A DNA stretch of 64,000 nt, taken from NCBI RefSeq assembly GCF_963921235.1, contig NC_086107.1, positions 110,238,001 to 110,302,000 of the forward strand. The letters are read 5' to 3'. Positions 50,337 through 64,000 of the stretch are shown piece by piece. Source of the stretch: Mobula hypostoma (taxonomy: Eukaryota). The notes beneath the pieces were generated by a model. The model worked only from the letters and a program-made list of their open reading frames with translations, was not told where the DNA came from and did not search any database. How positions within the stretch are numbered: position 1 is the stretch's first letter; each line of letters begins with the position of its first letter. The position numbers and the translations under genes are program-made.

Positions 50337-52539
50337 CTCAGAATGCCTGAAAAGTAAGAAAGAAACATTGTGATATAACTCAACGGGTCAGGCCCTCTAA
50401 GTCATTCACTGCTGAATACCTTGCATACAGGGTCAAAAATTATCAGGTCATTTTGATTTATGATGACTTTCAAAGTAATTTTTTAGCATACAATAACTGT
50501 AGTGAATTTAGTTCAACTACTTTTACAAAGATAAATTAATTGCTTATTACTTAAACATGCTTTAATAATCTAAAGATGTCATTCAGAGCCAACTACTTAC
50601 AATGCTAATCTAAAATGTTAAGGTCATTGACATGTAGTATTAACTCTTTCCCTCTGCAGATGCTGCTTGACCTGCTGAGATTTTTCTTGACATACTTTAG
50701 CCAAATTGACAAATATGGCCAACAATGCTTATTCAACGCACATATGCATTGTAGGTATTTGTACTGAATCAGTGGAAATTGCTAGTAAATCAGAACATGC
50801 TCTAGTAACTGTAGCGCTACTTTTGGAGGGCCAAGTCCCCCTGGGTTTCCAAGATACAGGAACACAATGTAAAACTGCAGCAACAACTGATCTGAAGGTC
50901 ATTGATAGGATTAGAGTATATCCATTACTATGTTATTTATTAAATTGTTATTTCTTATCTCTCTGCAGATGATTTCCAACTGCTGGGGCACGTTATTTCA
51001 AAATGAAGAGTCCACATAAGCGTTGACTGGTAAGAACAGCAAGATTAACCAAGCTGAAGGACCGCAATGTAATGAAACGGATATTTAAAAGAAGAATCTG
51101 AAACAGCAACAATATTGTTACACCACTGGATTATTGTATGTCTGATGACATGAGAATTTAATTCTACGTAGCGGTCATCATGGAATAAGTTAGTCAGTTT
51201 AGAAGTAATAGAATTTGAAGAAACCAGTGTATTAGAATTGTATGTTGTAATTTACATTAACAATGTGCTTATTTTTCAATTTCAAAATTGGCTCAATTGC
51301 TAGTTTGTCAAACTCAAAGTCTTCCTAACTGCCTTCTCACATCTTAATGCACAGAAAATAAATAAGCTAGAATTACTGTTACGTCCTATGTACTATGACA
51401 TTCTCCATATAGTGTCATGAGACTTTTCCCCCTCCATTTAATCAAAAACTAGATCCAACACTATAGACAAAAAAAAGGACATTCCAATTATGCAATTTGT
51501 GTTCAAACCACCCGAGAACATCACTAAACGTATCCAAAATACCATGAACTCTTACAACAACCATGTGGCATTTTTTTGGAATCCAAACACCCGAGGAAAA
51601 CTGGTTCCTCTTTCTCCTTCTCATTACATTCTTAAAGTTGTAGAGTAAATTTGTTGAACACAACCTCCCTTTCATAAACTGGTTCTGTGTGAATGCATTC
51701 AGTGATACTCTACCTATGATTGCCCATTAGACAGAAATGAGCTGACAGTGTGGAGCTGTTTTGAAGAGAGCTGGTGATACGCCACTCCCACTAATGAAGT
51801 TCCCAATAAGACCCATAGAGTCCCAACACATCAAGTGACAGACGCCTTGCAACACAACCCAACAGAATCAGGATTTCCCATTGTTACATTATGGAAAATT
51901 CAACTGCTCCTTTCATGGGGCCCTGTAACACCAAGTGGCAACTAAAGGAATATAGCTAAATTAATTTTGTTTGTTTTAAATGAACTATTTAAAACACATT
52001 TGAAAGTTTAAAAAACCTTTTTTAAAAAAAAAATAAAGTCATCAAAGCCTAACTTTGATGGAAACAAGGCTCTACAACTGGGCTTCCTGCCTGTCAAAAG
52101 CTCTCTGGAGATGTGGGGCTAGTCCTCAGCTCTGCCCTGTCTAAATGCTTGGTCTTCGTACACCTCTTGGGTTCAAGATTTAGCTTATCTGGCGCTCTGC
52201 ATTCAAACCAGCTGCAGCTGGGTTTCGACTATAAGCATCAAGGTGTATTCAGGTGTGTCCACTCATATTTTCAGTTCCACTATTTAAAATTAGTTCCACC
52301 ATCAGGAATCAGACCTTAATTGTTTTGAGCAATTTCTACATATTTTGCGTAATCAATGTGATATATTGTTTCCTGGTAACCAATCCAGCATGCATTTCTC
52401 TTACACGTTACCCCTGGCAAAAGTAACCTAATTTGTTTCAGAACCCAAAAATGCTAAAGTGCCTCATTTTTCAAGATCAAGGCCAAATAGGAGAAGAAAG
52501 AAAGACAGTAGAGAGACCTAGGCTTTAAGGAAGCATTAG

Positions 52540-54100
52540 TTCAAAGTTGATTTATTATCTAAATACAAATACGTCACCATATACAACTCTGAGATCCATT
52601 TTCTTCTGGGCATACACAGTAAATCCAAGAAAAAAAAAATAGAATCAATTAAAGACCATAGCCATCAGGACAAAAAAAAAACTATGTTCAAAAGACAAAC
52701 TGTGCAAATACTAAAGAAAAATAAATTTTAAAGTAAGCAACAAACATCTAGAACATGGGACAAAGAGTCCTTGAAAGTGAGTCCATAGGGTGTGGAAACA
52801 TTTCAATGACGGGGCAAGTGAAGTTCTCCCTTTCAGTTCAAGAGCCCGATGGTTAAGGGGTAATAATTGTTCTTGAACCTGGCAGTGTGGGTCCCGAGGC
52901 TCCTGTACCTTCTTCCTGATGGCAGCAGCGAGAAGCAAGCATGGCCCAGATAGTGGGTTCCTTGATGATGGACACTGCTTTCCTAAGAAGTTTCATGTAG
53001 ATGTGCTCAATGATGGAGGGCTTTATCCATGATGGACTGGGTTGTATCCACGACTTTTCAGGATTTTCGATTCAAGGGCATTGGCGCTTCCATAACAGGC
53101 CATGATGCAACCAGTCAATATACTCTCCATCACACATCTATAGAAGTTTGTCAAAGTTTTAGATGTCATACTGAACCTTTGCAAACTTAAGTAGAGGTGC
53201 TACCATGCTTTCTTCATAATTGCATTTGTGTGCTGGGCCCTGAAATGATAACTCTGAAATGTTGACATTGATCAGCTCCCTGGTCTTGCAGACATTGAGT
53301 GAGTAGTTGTTGTGGCACCAATCGGCCAGATTTTTTAATCTCCCTCCCTTTATCGCAACCTTTGATTCGGCAAACAACAGTGGTGTCGCCGACGAACTTA
53401 AATATGGCATTGGAGCAGGGCTTAGCCTCGCAGTCATAAGTATTAAGCGAATAGAGCAGAGGGCTAAGCACACAACCCTGTAGTATACCTGTGCCAATGG
53501 AGATTATGAAGGAGATGTTAAAGCCAATCCAGACTCACTGGGGTCTGCAAGTGAGGAAATCAAGGATCCAATTGCACAAAGTATTGAGGCCAAGGTCTTG
53601 AAGCTTATGGATTCATTCTGAGGGGATGATAGTATTCAATTCTGAGCTGCAGCCAGTAAAGAGCATCGTGATGTATGCATCTTTGCAGTCCAGATATTCC
53701 AGAGTTGAGTGCACAGCCAATAAAATGATATCTGCTGTGGACCTGTTAAGCCACTAGGTAAACTGGAGCAAATCCAAGGCGCTTCTCAGGCAAGAGTTGA
53801 TGTTTCATCACCACCCCTCAAAGCATTTCATTACAGTGAATGCAAGTGCTACTGGACAGTAGTCATTGAGACAAGTTAGCACGTTCTTCTTAGACACCAA
53901 TATAATTGAAGCCTGCTTGAAGCATGTGGGTGGTATCTCAGACTGCCTAAGTGAGAGCCTGAAGATCTCAGTGAACTCTCCAGCCAGTTGATTAGCACAG
54001 GTCTTAAGTACTCGGCCAAGTACCACATCTGGGTTGGATACTTTCCATGGGTTCACCCCCTGAAGGATGCTCTCACATCGGCCTCAGACTGAAATCACAG
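52540..54100 (-). mobile_element. Rex/Babar-like LINE remnant
   Basis: [31 protein letters not shown] motifs. Confidence 0.75.
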
Positions 54101-55014
54101 GGTTATCAGGGGCTGTGGGAGTTCATGAAGGTTTCTTCATGTTTTGATGGTCAAAACATGAGCATAGAATGAATTAAGCTCATCAAGGTGCAAATGTTGA
54201 TTTTTAAACACGATGTGTTTAAAAAGCAACTCCCAGGCTGAGAAGTTCTACTATATGCAAAGACAATCACTGCGACTGACAAATAAGAGCACCATTAAGC
54301 CACCTTGTTGACCTACATCAATCCAGACCAAAAAGGCAGCTCAGACCACTGAAATGAAGAAACAAAAGATGATGTAGACAAAGGGAGGATATGCCTGCAT
54401 GTGAGGGTAACAGGAACTAATGGAGATAGGCAGGAAATGTGGTGACAATCCAGAAGACTTTTCTGCAACACGGGATACAAGTAGTAGAATTTGACAAAAA
54501 CTAGAGTTTATTGAAGTACAACTATGGGCACAGAAATGGCATTGGAAACAAAGGCTAAGGACAACAATGTCAGAATGAAATATCTGATTCAGCACAAGCA
54601 GGTATTATAGGAAACATTTTAATATATTTCCACAGATGAATTCTATTGATTTAAGCAGTCATGTCAAAATATTTGAAGTTAAGCAATTATAAGTGAATCA
54701 ATAAGTTTTTCCTGTAAGTGAGATCAAGATTTTAATATATTTTTGTTTTGCTGCAAGAAATAATTGAATTGGCATTATGTACACAGAAAATAGTGTTCAA
54801 ATTAATACAATGCTCTACCATGCTTCATGCTTCAGTAAAAAATCGATCAGATTATGTCAAAAATTCCCATGTGTTTATACAAATCCAATTTACAAAAAAC
54901 ATAAAAAGATATAGCCACAATCTTCTCTGGAACTTAGTAAGGCAGATTACATAGAAAGAACATGCATAATGGACAAAACTGACTTCACCTTCCACACTTT
55001 TATCATAAAAATTG

Positions 55015-55555
55015 TGCCACGGCAGTGTAGCAGTTACTGCGATGATATTACAGCTCGGAGTGTTCCGGAATTTGCAATTCAGTTCCAGCGCTGCTCTGTA
55101 AAGGAGTCCCTATAGGACCACCAGTGGAATGCATGTGTTTTTCTTGGGTGTTCTAGTTTCCTCCAACAGTTATCAGACATACCGAGTCGGTTAATTGGTT
55201 ATTGTAAATGGTCTCGTGATTAGGTTAGGGTTACACAAACAACAGGAATTCTGCAGATGCTGGAAATTCAAGCAACACACATCAAAGTTGCTGGTGAACG
55301 CAGCAGGCCAGGCAGCATCTCTAGGAAGAGGTACAGTCGACGTTTCAGGCCGAGACCCTTCATCTAGTCCTGACGAAGGGTGTCGGCCTGAAACGTCGAC
55401 TGTACCTCTTCCTAGAGATGCTGCCTGGCCTGCTGCGTTCACCAGCAACTTTGATGTGTGTTGCTAGGTTAGGGTTAATCATGTTTGTCAGGGATTGCTG
55501 GGGCAGCGTGGTGCAAAGGACTGGAAAGGCCTGCTCCGTATTGTATTACTAAAAA
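55015..55555 (+). mobile_element. tRNA-derived SINE interrupted by a Penelope-like palindrome
   Basis: Same SINE core as 2890, split at the TAGGTTAGGGTTA duplication. Confidence 0.6.
55234..55464. mobile_element. Penelope-like terminal fragment as an inverted repeat, with hammerhead motif
   Basis: ~90-bp inverted arms. 13-bp TSD TAGGTTAGGGTTA (55221-55233, 55465-55477). Confidence 0.78.
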
Positions 55556-55679
55556 TTTAAAAAAAACAATTTAATTCATCCTGACTCTTTTCTCATTGCA
55601 GTACTATTTAAAAGTCCACCCTTTCTATTCTTGATTTGTTCTTTGAAAATTGATCAAGGGATCCAGAATTTGCTTGCCC

Positions 55680-56727
55680 ACAGAAGGCAAAGGGTGGTTG
55701 TAGATGGTTCCTATTCTGCATGGAGGTCGGTGACCAGTTGTGTTTTGCAGGGATCTGTTCTGGGACCCCTCCCCTTTGTGATTTTTATAAATGATCTGGA
55801 TTAAGTAGTAGAAGGGTGGGTTAGTAAGTTTGTTGTTGACAAAGGTTGGGGAGAGGGGTGTTATGGATAGTCTGGAGGGTTGTCAGAGGTTACAGTGGAA
55901 CATCGATAGGATACAGAACTGGGCTGAGAAGTGGCAGATGGATTTCAACCCAGATAAGTGTGAAGTGGTTCATTTTGGTAGGTTTAATTCGAAGACAGAA
56001 TATAACATTAATGGTAAGATTCTTGGCAGGGTGAAGGATCTGAGAGATCATGGGGTCCATGTTCATAGAACCCTCAAAGCTGCTGCGCAGGTTGACAGTG
56101 TTGTTAAGACAACGTATGGTGTGTTGGCATTCTCAACTGTGGGATTGAGTTCAAGATCCGTGAGGTAATGGTACAGCTATACAGGACCTTGGTCAGACCC
56201 CACTTAAGAGTACTGTGCTCATTTCTGGTCACCTCACTACAAGAAGGATGTGGCTACTACAGAGAGAACGCAGAGGAAATTTCCAAGGATGTTGCCTCAA
56301 TTGGAGAGCATACCTTATGAGAATAGGTTGAGTGAACTTGGCCTTTTCTCCTTGGAGTGATGGAGGTCCAGAGGTGACCTGATAGAGGTGTATAAGATGA
56401 TGAGGAGCACCGATTGTGTGGACAGCCAGAGGCTTTTTCCCCAGGGCTGAAATGGCTAACACGAGGGGGCATAGGTACTGAGGGGATGTCAGAGGTAAGT
56501 TTTTCTACACAGAGTGGTGGGTTGTATGGAATGCACTGCCGGCGGCGGCAGTGGAAGCAGATACAATAAGGTCTTTTTAAGAGCCTTGTAGATAGGTACA
56601 TAAAGCTTAGAAAAATAGAGGGCTATGCGCTAGGGAAATTCTAGGCAGTTTCTAGAATAGGTTACACGGTCCGCACAACATTGTGGGCCGAAGGGCCTGT
56701 AATGTGCTGTACATTTTTATGTTCCAT
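55680..56727 (+). mobile_element. CR1 LINE RT/3' remnant
   Basis: QGSVLGP, WAEKWQMDFNPDKCEVVHFG motifs and a TATGTTC-type tail. Confidence 0.85.
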
Positions 56728-57599
56728 GGGATAAAAACAGTTTCAAAGCTTACATAATTTAGGCAGTGGTATGCAAGTTTAAACAAAGAGATTCATTATT
56801 TGCCAGGCTTCAAGGCTTTATTTCCCAAGTTTTGTAGAATTGAATGTTAATACTGCCTACAGTGTGGTAGACAGTACAATTTTAGCAGCAACTGAAGGGC
56901 GTACTTGATTACTTAACAAGGCAGCTCAGCATAAATCCAGATGCCATGGCCACTGAAATCAAAAAGGCCATTATTCCTCAGGGTGAAAAGGAATATGAGA
57001 CAAGGGGAACGGAACTGATGGGATTACTCTGCTGTGAACAAGCACAGACTTGATGCGTTGAATTGTTATAATGAGTTCAGTAATAGTTACTAGATTTCTT
57101 CTCATGCCAGAAGATACTTTGGCAGCTTGCATTTCTACTGTAGATGATAAGGAGAGGCAACAAAATAGTTCTTTTTTTTAAAGCTGAAGTTCAATTGCCT
57201 TACTTTATTCCTCTTTCCTTGTCTGTTTTTTTTTGTAAACCAGTTAACCACTTCTCATCACCAAAATATATTCACTAATCCTTACTCAACTTCAAACTAC
57301 ATACAGATCACAACTTAGGTCAGTGATATTAATCCTGATTCTGAAATAGCTTGGAGGATTTAAGATGGCATCTGAGAATGGCAACTGTGTGCAGTTCCAA
57401 AGGAATCATTAAATATTCCCATTTAGGAATCTACCATCACAGTCAGGTACTTCAGGAAGTAAAATTGTTCCAAGATGTTTTTTCAAAACATCCATCGATC
57501 TTCAAAGTTGGCAGTCTCTGGACTGCAGAACACATGGATAGTGAGTGCGGTTTTCCCTTTAAGGAAGTGAGGCTGTCAGACAGGGCTGCAGGTAAAACT

Positions 57600-59765
57600 G
57601 ACATATCAGGCAGTGAGGCGCCACCTCCCTACCTAGCTGATGTACAGTCCTTGGAATACATCAAGGATTGCTAACATACAGGACACCAGAGGCATCAAGG
57701 ATTTCTGTGTACTCTGCTTTCAAACGACATTGCTCTACCCCCAGCACTCTAGTCTGAAGGCTTCATCTTCTACCGCATGGACCAGAGAGCAGCACCATGG
57801 AAAGACCAAGGAATCATTGTTTGCTTCATGATTCATCATGGTGCACAGATATGGCAGTTCTGTCCCAGTCCTGTTCCCACAGCCAGTTACATTTAACGGT
57901 CAAGTTCTGTTCATTCTATCTGCCAAGGGAGACTTCCGTCATCATCCTGGTTCCTGTGTACATTCCACCCTGGTCAAAGCCAGGCAGGCACCGGAGGAGC
58001 CGAGCACCATGATCAGCAATCATGCCACAACATGCTCTATCACTGTTACACCAGCATCAGTAACGCTTACTGTGGCATCCCCAGACCCACACTTTGTCAA
58101 GTCCAAACACCTGGCTGTATTTCTACTCCCGGTGTACAGGCAGAGACTAAGGACCACAGCACCAGTGGCAAGGACCATGAAGGTATGGTCAAGGGAGGCA
58201 GAAGAACATTTACAAGACTGCTTTGGATTGGTGGACTGGATCATATTCAGGGCTTCAGATGTGAATGAATATGCCACGGTTATCACTGACATCATCAAGG
58301 CCTGTGCGGATGAGTGTATAGCTTTGACAACATACAAGGCATATCCAGATCAGAGGCTGTAGATAAACCAGATGTGTAGTCTGCTGTTGGGCTAACTATA
58401 TAGTGTTCCAAGACCCAGTGATCAAGAACTTTTAAGAAATCCAAGTACAACCTACAGGCGGCCATCTTAAATGGGAAAAGAAAATCCAAGTGAAGGTAGA
58501 AATGAAACTGAATACACGTTAACTCTGGCAGGGTTTGCATACCTAACATCATAAATAATTATGATGTTTCACTCCCAAATGTGCTGAATGCCTTTTTCGA
58601 CCAGGAGAATATACCAATACCTGTGCAAATCTCTGCAGCATCTGGTGATCCTGTAATATGTCTCAGAGGGCGACGTTACAACATCCTTCAAGGCACTAGG
58701 TCCCTGTGGTGTACCTGGTAGTTCGCTGAAAACCTATGCCAACCAACTGGTTGGAGTGTTAAAGGGCAGCTTCAACCTCTCACTGCTGTAGTCAGAGGCT
58801 CCACCTGCTTCTAAAGGGCATACATCATACAGATGGCCCAAAAAGGTGAGTGGCCTCAATGACTATTGCCCAGTTGTATTCACATCTACTGTGACCAAGC
58901 GCTTTGAGAGGTCACAGTAGATAAACCAGGAGATATGTAGGACTTGAACCCACTGCAATTTGCCGACTGCCGCAACAGGTTTACAGTGTTTGAAATCTCA
59001 ATGGTTCTCCACCCTGCTTTGGACCACTAGACAACAGAAATACTCAGCATTAAACACCGTTCTCCTCTCAGGATTTATCAACAAGCTTCAAAACCTGAGC
59101 CTCGAAACCTCACACTGCAATTGGATCCTTGACTTCTTCATTGGGAGACTACAGTCAGTGTGAATTACTGGCAATTAACAGGCACCCCTCAAAGATGTGT
59201 GCTTAGCCCACTGTTATACTCTCTCTACATTCACGACTGTGTGGCTAGGGACATCTCAAACACCATCCATAAGATCGCTGATAACACAACTGTTGTTGGC
59301 AGACTTTCAGATGATCAAGAGGAGGTGAACAGGAGTGACAGATCAGCTGGTAGAGTGGTGTCACAACAAACTTACACACATCAGTAAGACCAAGGAACTG
59401 ATTATGGACTTCAGGAAGGGAAGAATTGGGAGAATTCTCAGTAGTTCTCACTGAGACATCAGCAGTGGAAAGAGTGAACAGTTTCAAGTTCCGGACTGTC
59501 AGCATCTCTGAAGATCTATCCTAGGCCTATAATACTGATACAATCATGAAGGCGGCACATCCGCAGCTACATTTCGTTAGGAGCTTGAGGAGAGTTGGTA
59601 CGTCACCAAAGACTTGAGCAAATTTCTATGGATGTATCATGGAGAGCATTCTGACTGGTTAAATCATCATCTAGTATGGAAGCTCCAATGCACAGGATTG
59701 AAAGAGGATTTAATAATTTTTTTAAAATTGCTATGTATCAGAAATTTTAAACCAGATTCTGATTC
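57600..59765 (+). mobile_element. Degraded Rex/Babar-like LINE
   Basis: FYLPRETS...VYIPP, LQDCF..VDW, CNWILDF motifs and a GATTCTGATTC tail. Confidence 0.7.
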
Positions 59766-60219
59766 ACAGAGGTTTCTGTCAGTCCACTTGTGTGCTAACT
59801 TCCTGATTCGTGGCTCTCCTTTCTTCTATTGACAGCCTTAGTGAACCTGGTAAACTTATTTTTAAGTGGCCACTAGCCGTCTGTGATTTGAAATATGCAG
59901 CAAAGCGGTGGTTCAAACCCAAAATAGAAAGCAAGTAATTTTCGCTAAATGATGTGGCAACAGATTTTAAAAATGACCTTTACCAGTGTTGCAACATCTC
60001 ACTTGTATGCTGGACCCAAATTTTAAAATTACAGATTAATTCAGAAACATTGCAGCAGGTATGAATACAGAAAGTATTTTGTAAAATTTTAAACTGAGTA
60101 ATTTCCAAAAGCAATATAGCTGCACTGGAAAAATAGCGAATGCCTATTTTAAACTCTGTCATAATTTAGAATTTAACAGTTTTCAATTATCAAATGGAAG
60201 GGTCAGATAAGGGAATATG

Positions 60220-60940
60220 AACTAATCCCCATAGAGGGATCAGAAGTGGAGAGAGTGAGCATTTTCAAGTTCCTCAGTGGCAAGATTTCTGAGGATCTAA
60301 CCTGGTCCCAACATATCGATGGAGCTATGAAGAAGGCAAGACAGCAACTATACTTCATTAGGAGTTTGAAGAGATTTGGTTTGTCAACTAAAAAAAACTT
60401 GAAAACCTCTATACGTGTACTGTGCAGAGCATTCTGACAAGCTGCACAACTACCTGGTATGTGGGGGCTACTGCACAGGACTGAAAGCTACAGAAAGTTG
60501 TAAAATTAGTCATCTCCATCATGGGCACTACCCTCCATAGTATCCAAGACATCTTCAAGGAGTGATGCCTGAGAAAGGTGACATCCATTCTTAAGGACCC
60601 CTATCACCCAGGACATGCCCTTGTTTCATTTTTACCATCAGGAAGGAGTTTCAGAAACCCAAAGACACACACACAGCGATTCAGGAACAACTTCTTTCCC
60701 TCTGCCATACATTCCTAAATGGACATTGCACTCATGAAAACTACCTCACTTTTTAAAAAAAAAATACATTATTTCTGTTTTTGCACTAATTTTAATCTAT
60801 TCAATATACATATATACTTACTCTAGTTGATTTATTTTTAACTTTTTTCTTTCTATATTATCATGTATTGCATTGTACTGCTGCTGTCCAGTTAACAAAT
60901 TTCACGACACATGCTGGTGATAACAAACCTGATTCTGAAA
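60220..60940 (+). mobile_element. Rex/Babar-like LINE 3' fragment
   Basis: ERVSIFKFL...LTWSQHID...KKARQQLYF, similar to 48140-48770, with tail AAACCTGATTCTGA. Confidence 0.75.
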
Positions 60941-63900
60941 TGATCTATAGATCTCTCCCCTCAATTACCAGTTTCACATTGCTAGCCATCCAATTGCTCA
61001 ATATCCAGACTAGTTTCTGACCATTAATAGATTTTATTAATTTTGTAATTCATGCCACAGCTATCCTAGATGAAATAACTTCTTCTATTTCTACAAAATT
61101 TGTACTCAAGAAAGTCTCCATATCTTGCAAAAAAAATTGCATCTCCCTCTGATTTCTATTGAGAAAAAGATTGGTTCGATGGAATTCTATCAGTTAATTT
61201 TTATGGGCACAATGCACACACTGTTCTGCTATGGATCTATAAATATCCTTTTACAGTCACAGATAAATTTGTTAATACACAAAAGCAATGGTTTAAATTA
61301 AAAAGTAGTTTGAGTAACTGCACAAAATAATGCAAAACATGCTCAAAAGTGATCAGCAGACCCTTTTTGGAACTGCATTCCCACTCAACACCCAGAATCT
61401 CAATGTTATTGTATTAAAAATGTTGCTTCATAGGTACATTACTTGGCTGAAAGCACAAAGATTAATGCTCGACTTCAATAACCAAATGAGCCTAGAACTC
61501 AGCTTGCATTACATTGTTATAAACTACACTTCTGGGATGAAAAAAAATTGTATTCACAGTAGAGCTCAACTGAGAAAAGGAGGCTGGAATGTAGCTAATG
61601 CTGTGCTAACTGTAGCCAAATGCTATTTTTAAAAGCAAGTGTGCAGCAAACATTGTCCACATCTTTTAAGATCCAACCTTATATTGACAGCAGAGGGCAC
61701 TCCTGCTCACTATTTACACAAAAGTTATTCAGTGAAGAATATGTAAGCAATTTATTTAGTTTTCCCAAAATAACATAACACTAAGAATATTTAGGTAAGC
61801 AATGATCATGTTTCCATTTCAATGCTCGTATTTGACTTGTTTAATATGATAAACAAATGCATCTCCTCGCAATAACTTCTGGCACATAAACACATTTAAA
61901 ATGTAATATTACCTTTGCTGTCAGATTATCTCAAAAACTTGGTCATGCATTTATCCTTGGCTGTCACTTCTGCTGAGAACTCATCCAATCAGCATATTAA
62001 AAGCTCCACAAAAGCACATTTTGTTGAAAGCCATATATTATTAAATGCGCTTGTGCATTCTATTTGATAAACCACAAGCATCACATCTTCTTGAGGATGT
62101 GTGGCAATGTCGCAAAACATGCACATCTCTTTTGAGACGTTTGCCACAGTATTGGTACAGGCCATCCATTATTTCAAAGCTTTACCAATATTTGTACCTA
62201 TGTTGTATCATTAGAGGTGTTGGATTGTGAGGTAGACAAGATGGCCATTTTGTTCAAACAGGGTGTGCTCCATTTTGTTCCTGCAGGGATCCAGCGACTT
62301 GCAACAAGTCATTTCCATCACACAGATAGTTCTTATCAACTAGATCTCCTTCAGCGGAAAAAAAATACCTAGGCTTCTGACTAACTGCCATGTGCATTCC
62401 GTCATCCTGATCGTGTGATTTGAAGGAAAGGAAATGGAAACACACAAGTGATCATCTAAGCACCCTCAAGCACAAGCACGGCCTGTCCACAAATACCTTC
62501 TGGGCTGTTTACAGTAATTATGCCGCAAGCAATAGTAGCGTATGTTAATTTCACTAAAGACAAAATATCGTCAATAGTTGAAACTAAATCTGTACCTTCT
62601 TGCGAGTTATAATAGGGCTTTGAGGGAAAGAGAATTAATTGGCTATCAGTTCAGACTGAATTCAACTTATCTGAACAAATCTTCAAACTCCTTTATTTCC
62701 TCAGTTTTAGATTACAAAAGTGATTCATGAATAGCAAGTACGGATTCTTCATCCACAGGTTGTTCATTAAGTAAGTGTTCAAAGTAAAAAGTTAGTCCAA
62801 ATACATTTAAATTAATACCATTTCAAAAGCAGCATCATTCAGGAAACCAAATAAAGTGAAATAAATGTTAAAATAAACACCTGTTTGCATCGTAATCATG
62901 TAAACATGTAATCCTGCTGCTAATCTACAAGATTATCAACTGTTCACATTAAGCAATATCTTGTTTTTGCAGTTTACAACCCCACCTATTCAGTGTTAGT
63001 GAAAAATGCTACCAAAATTTGAAGTCAATCCAATCTGATTTAGCTATCCCATAATGCATCAGTTGTGGACACAGCTCAATTGGTTCAATGGAAAATAACT
63101 GCAGTACCAATCTTTTTTCACTAAACAATGAACTGTCAATTATTCATCTTGCCCAGTGTCACCAATTATATCTAAGCTTGGAAAATGTTATATCAAAAAA
63201 AAATTCTCATTGTGTTCCTAATGTTCCAATAAACTTGCAGAAGAATGTGCCATAAAATGAATTTTAAAACTATTTTGTGCATTAGAGAAAACAACTGTAA
63301 AAATGCTGGACATACCCATGAGGCAGGCCCCTGCAGCCATTTTGCAACCCAGTCAGTTCTCAGCAACTCTGCAGAGAAAAAAAAGACCTCACCTTCCTTG
63401 AAGTCAGAGCACTGGGAAGGTGGGGGGAGGGGAGGGGAGGGGAAGGGAGGAGGGGAACGAGCTGGGTGGGGGAAGGGTGAGTATCTTCAATCTGATAGGT
63501 CTGAATAATCAGATCCACAGCCACCAATAGGGAGCTGCTCAGAGCTGAGCAATCAACAGCCAGCACTGTAAATTTTGCCTGGCAACAGACCGGGGCAAAG
63601 GAGGTGATTATATGGTAATGATGGGAAGGTATGGGGGGGGTGGGGGGGGTGTGGGGGGTGGGGAAGAGACATAGTTTAAATGTGAAGACAATTAACATAA
63701 GACAATGGCTTCAGCATATAATACAAATTGACTACAAAGGTGCAGTTATGAAAATCATCCAAAAACCTTCCTGTCCTAATAAATCTACTTCTGTGTGCTT
63801 TAGTTTTCAAAAGCTACAGTGATCAATTAACTTTGTTAGAGAAAAAAATCTGCATTCCTTTGCATGGAGATGTTGTACTGCATGCAAAAACTCTCACACC

Positions 63901-64000
63901 ACATCAAGTCTTCCCACACAAAAAAAGCTTTTAGGTCTTTAAATATGATGCAAGACAGACCATATTTGCAGACTCTGCAGCTGATTATCACATCAGACCA

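Noticed and set aside
55191..55467. Mirror-image ORFs on both strands
   Set aside because: Artefact of the palindromic insert. Similar peptides recur at 26200 and 47483.
62254..62445. Upstream exon or promoter of ATF7IP
   Set aside because: No CpG island or convincing splice pair. The first non-coding exon probably lies beyond 64000.

Overview
AT-rich, repeat-dense vertebrate genomic DNA. The repeat landscape (CR1, Rex/Babar-like, RTE-X, tRNA-SINE, Penelope fragments, Tigger/hAT/Tc1) suggests a cartilaginous fish, but that is inference. The window lies within a minus-strand ATF7IP (MCAF1) gene. I traced nine coding exons by hand (50336 down to 16165) with GT-AG boundaries and consistent phases, giving 812 aa. 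The main signal is a 1329-nt exon at 13674-15002. It has a phase-matched splice acceptor and encodes a Crypton/DUF3504-type tyrosine-recombinase domain with the R...HxxR...H...Y catalytic residues intact, followed by a stop and AATAAA. This predicts an alternative ~1254-aa ATF7IP-recombinase isoform, in which the usual SIM/FN3 C-terminus (not found in this window) is replaced. The introns also hold Penelope-type insertions with minimal hammerhead-ribozyme motifs (two as long palindromes with 13-bp TSDs), a hAT-in-hAT-in-LINE nest, a DDE-less Tigger with an intact CENP-B HTH ORF, and a solo LTR.
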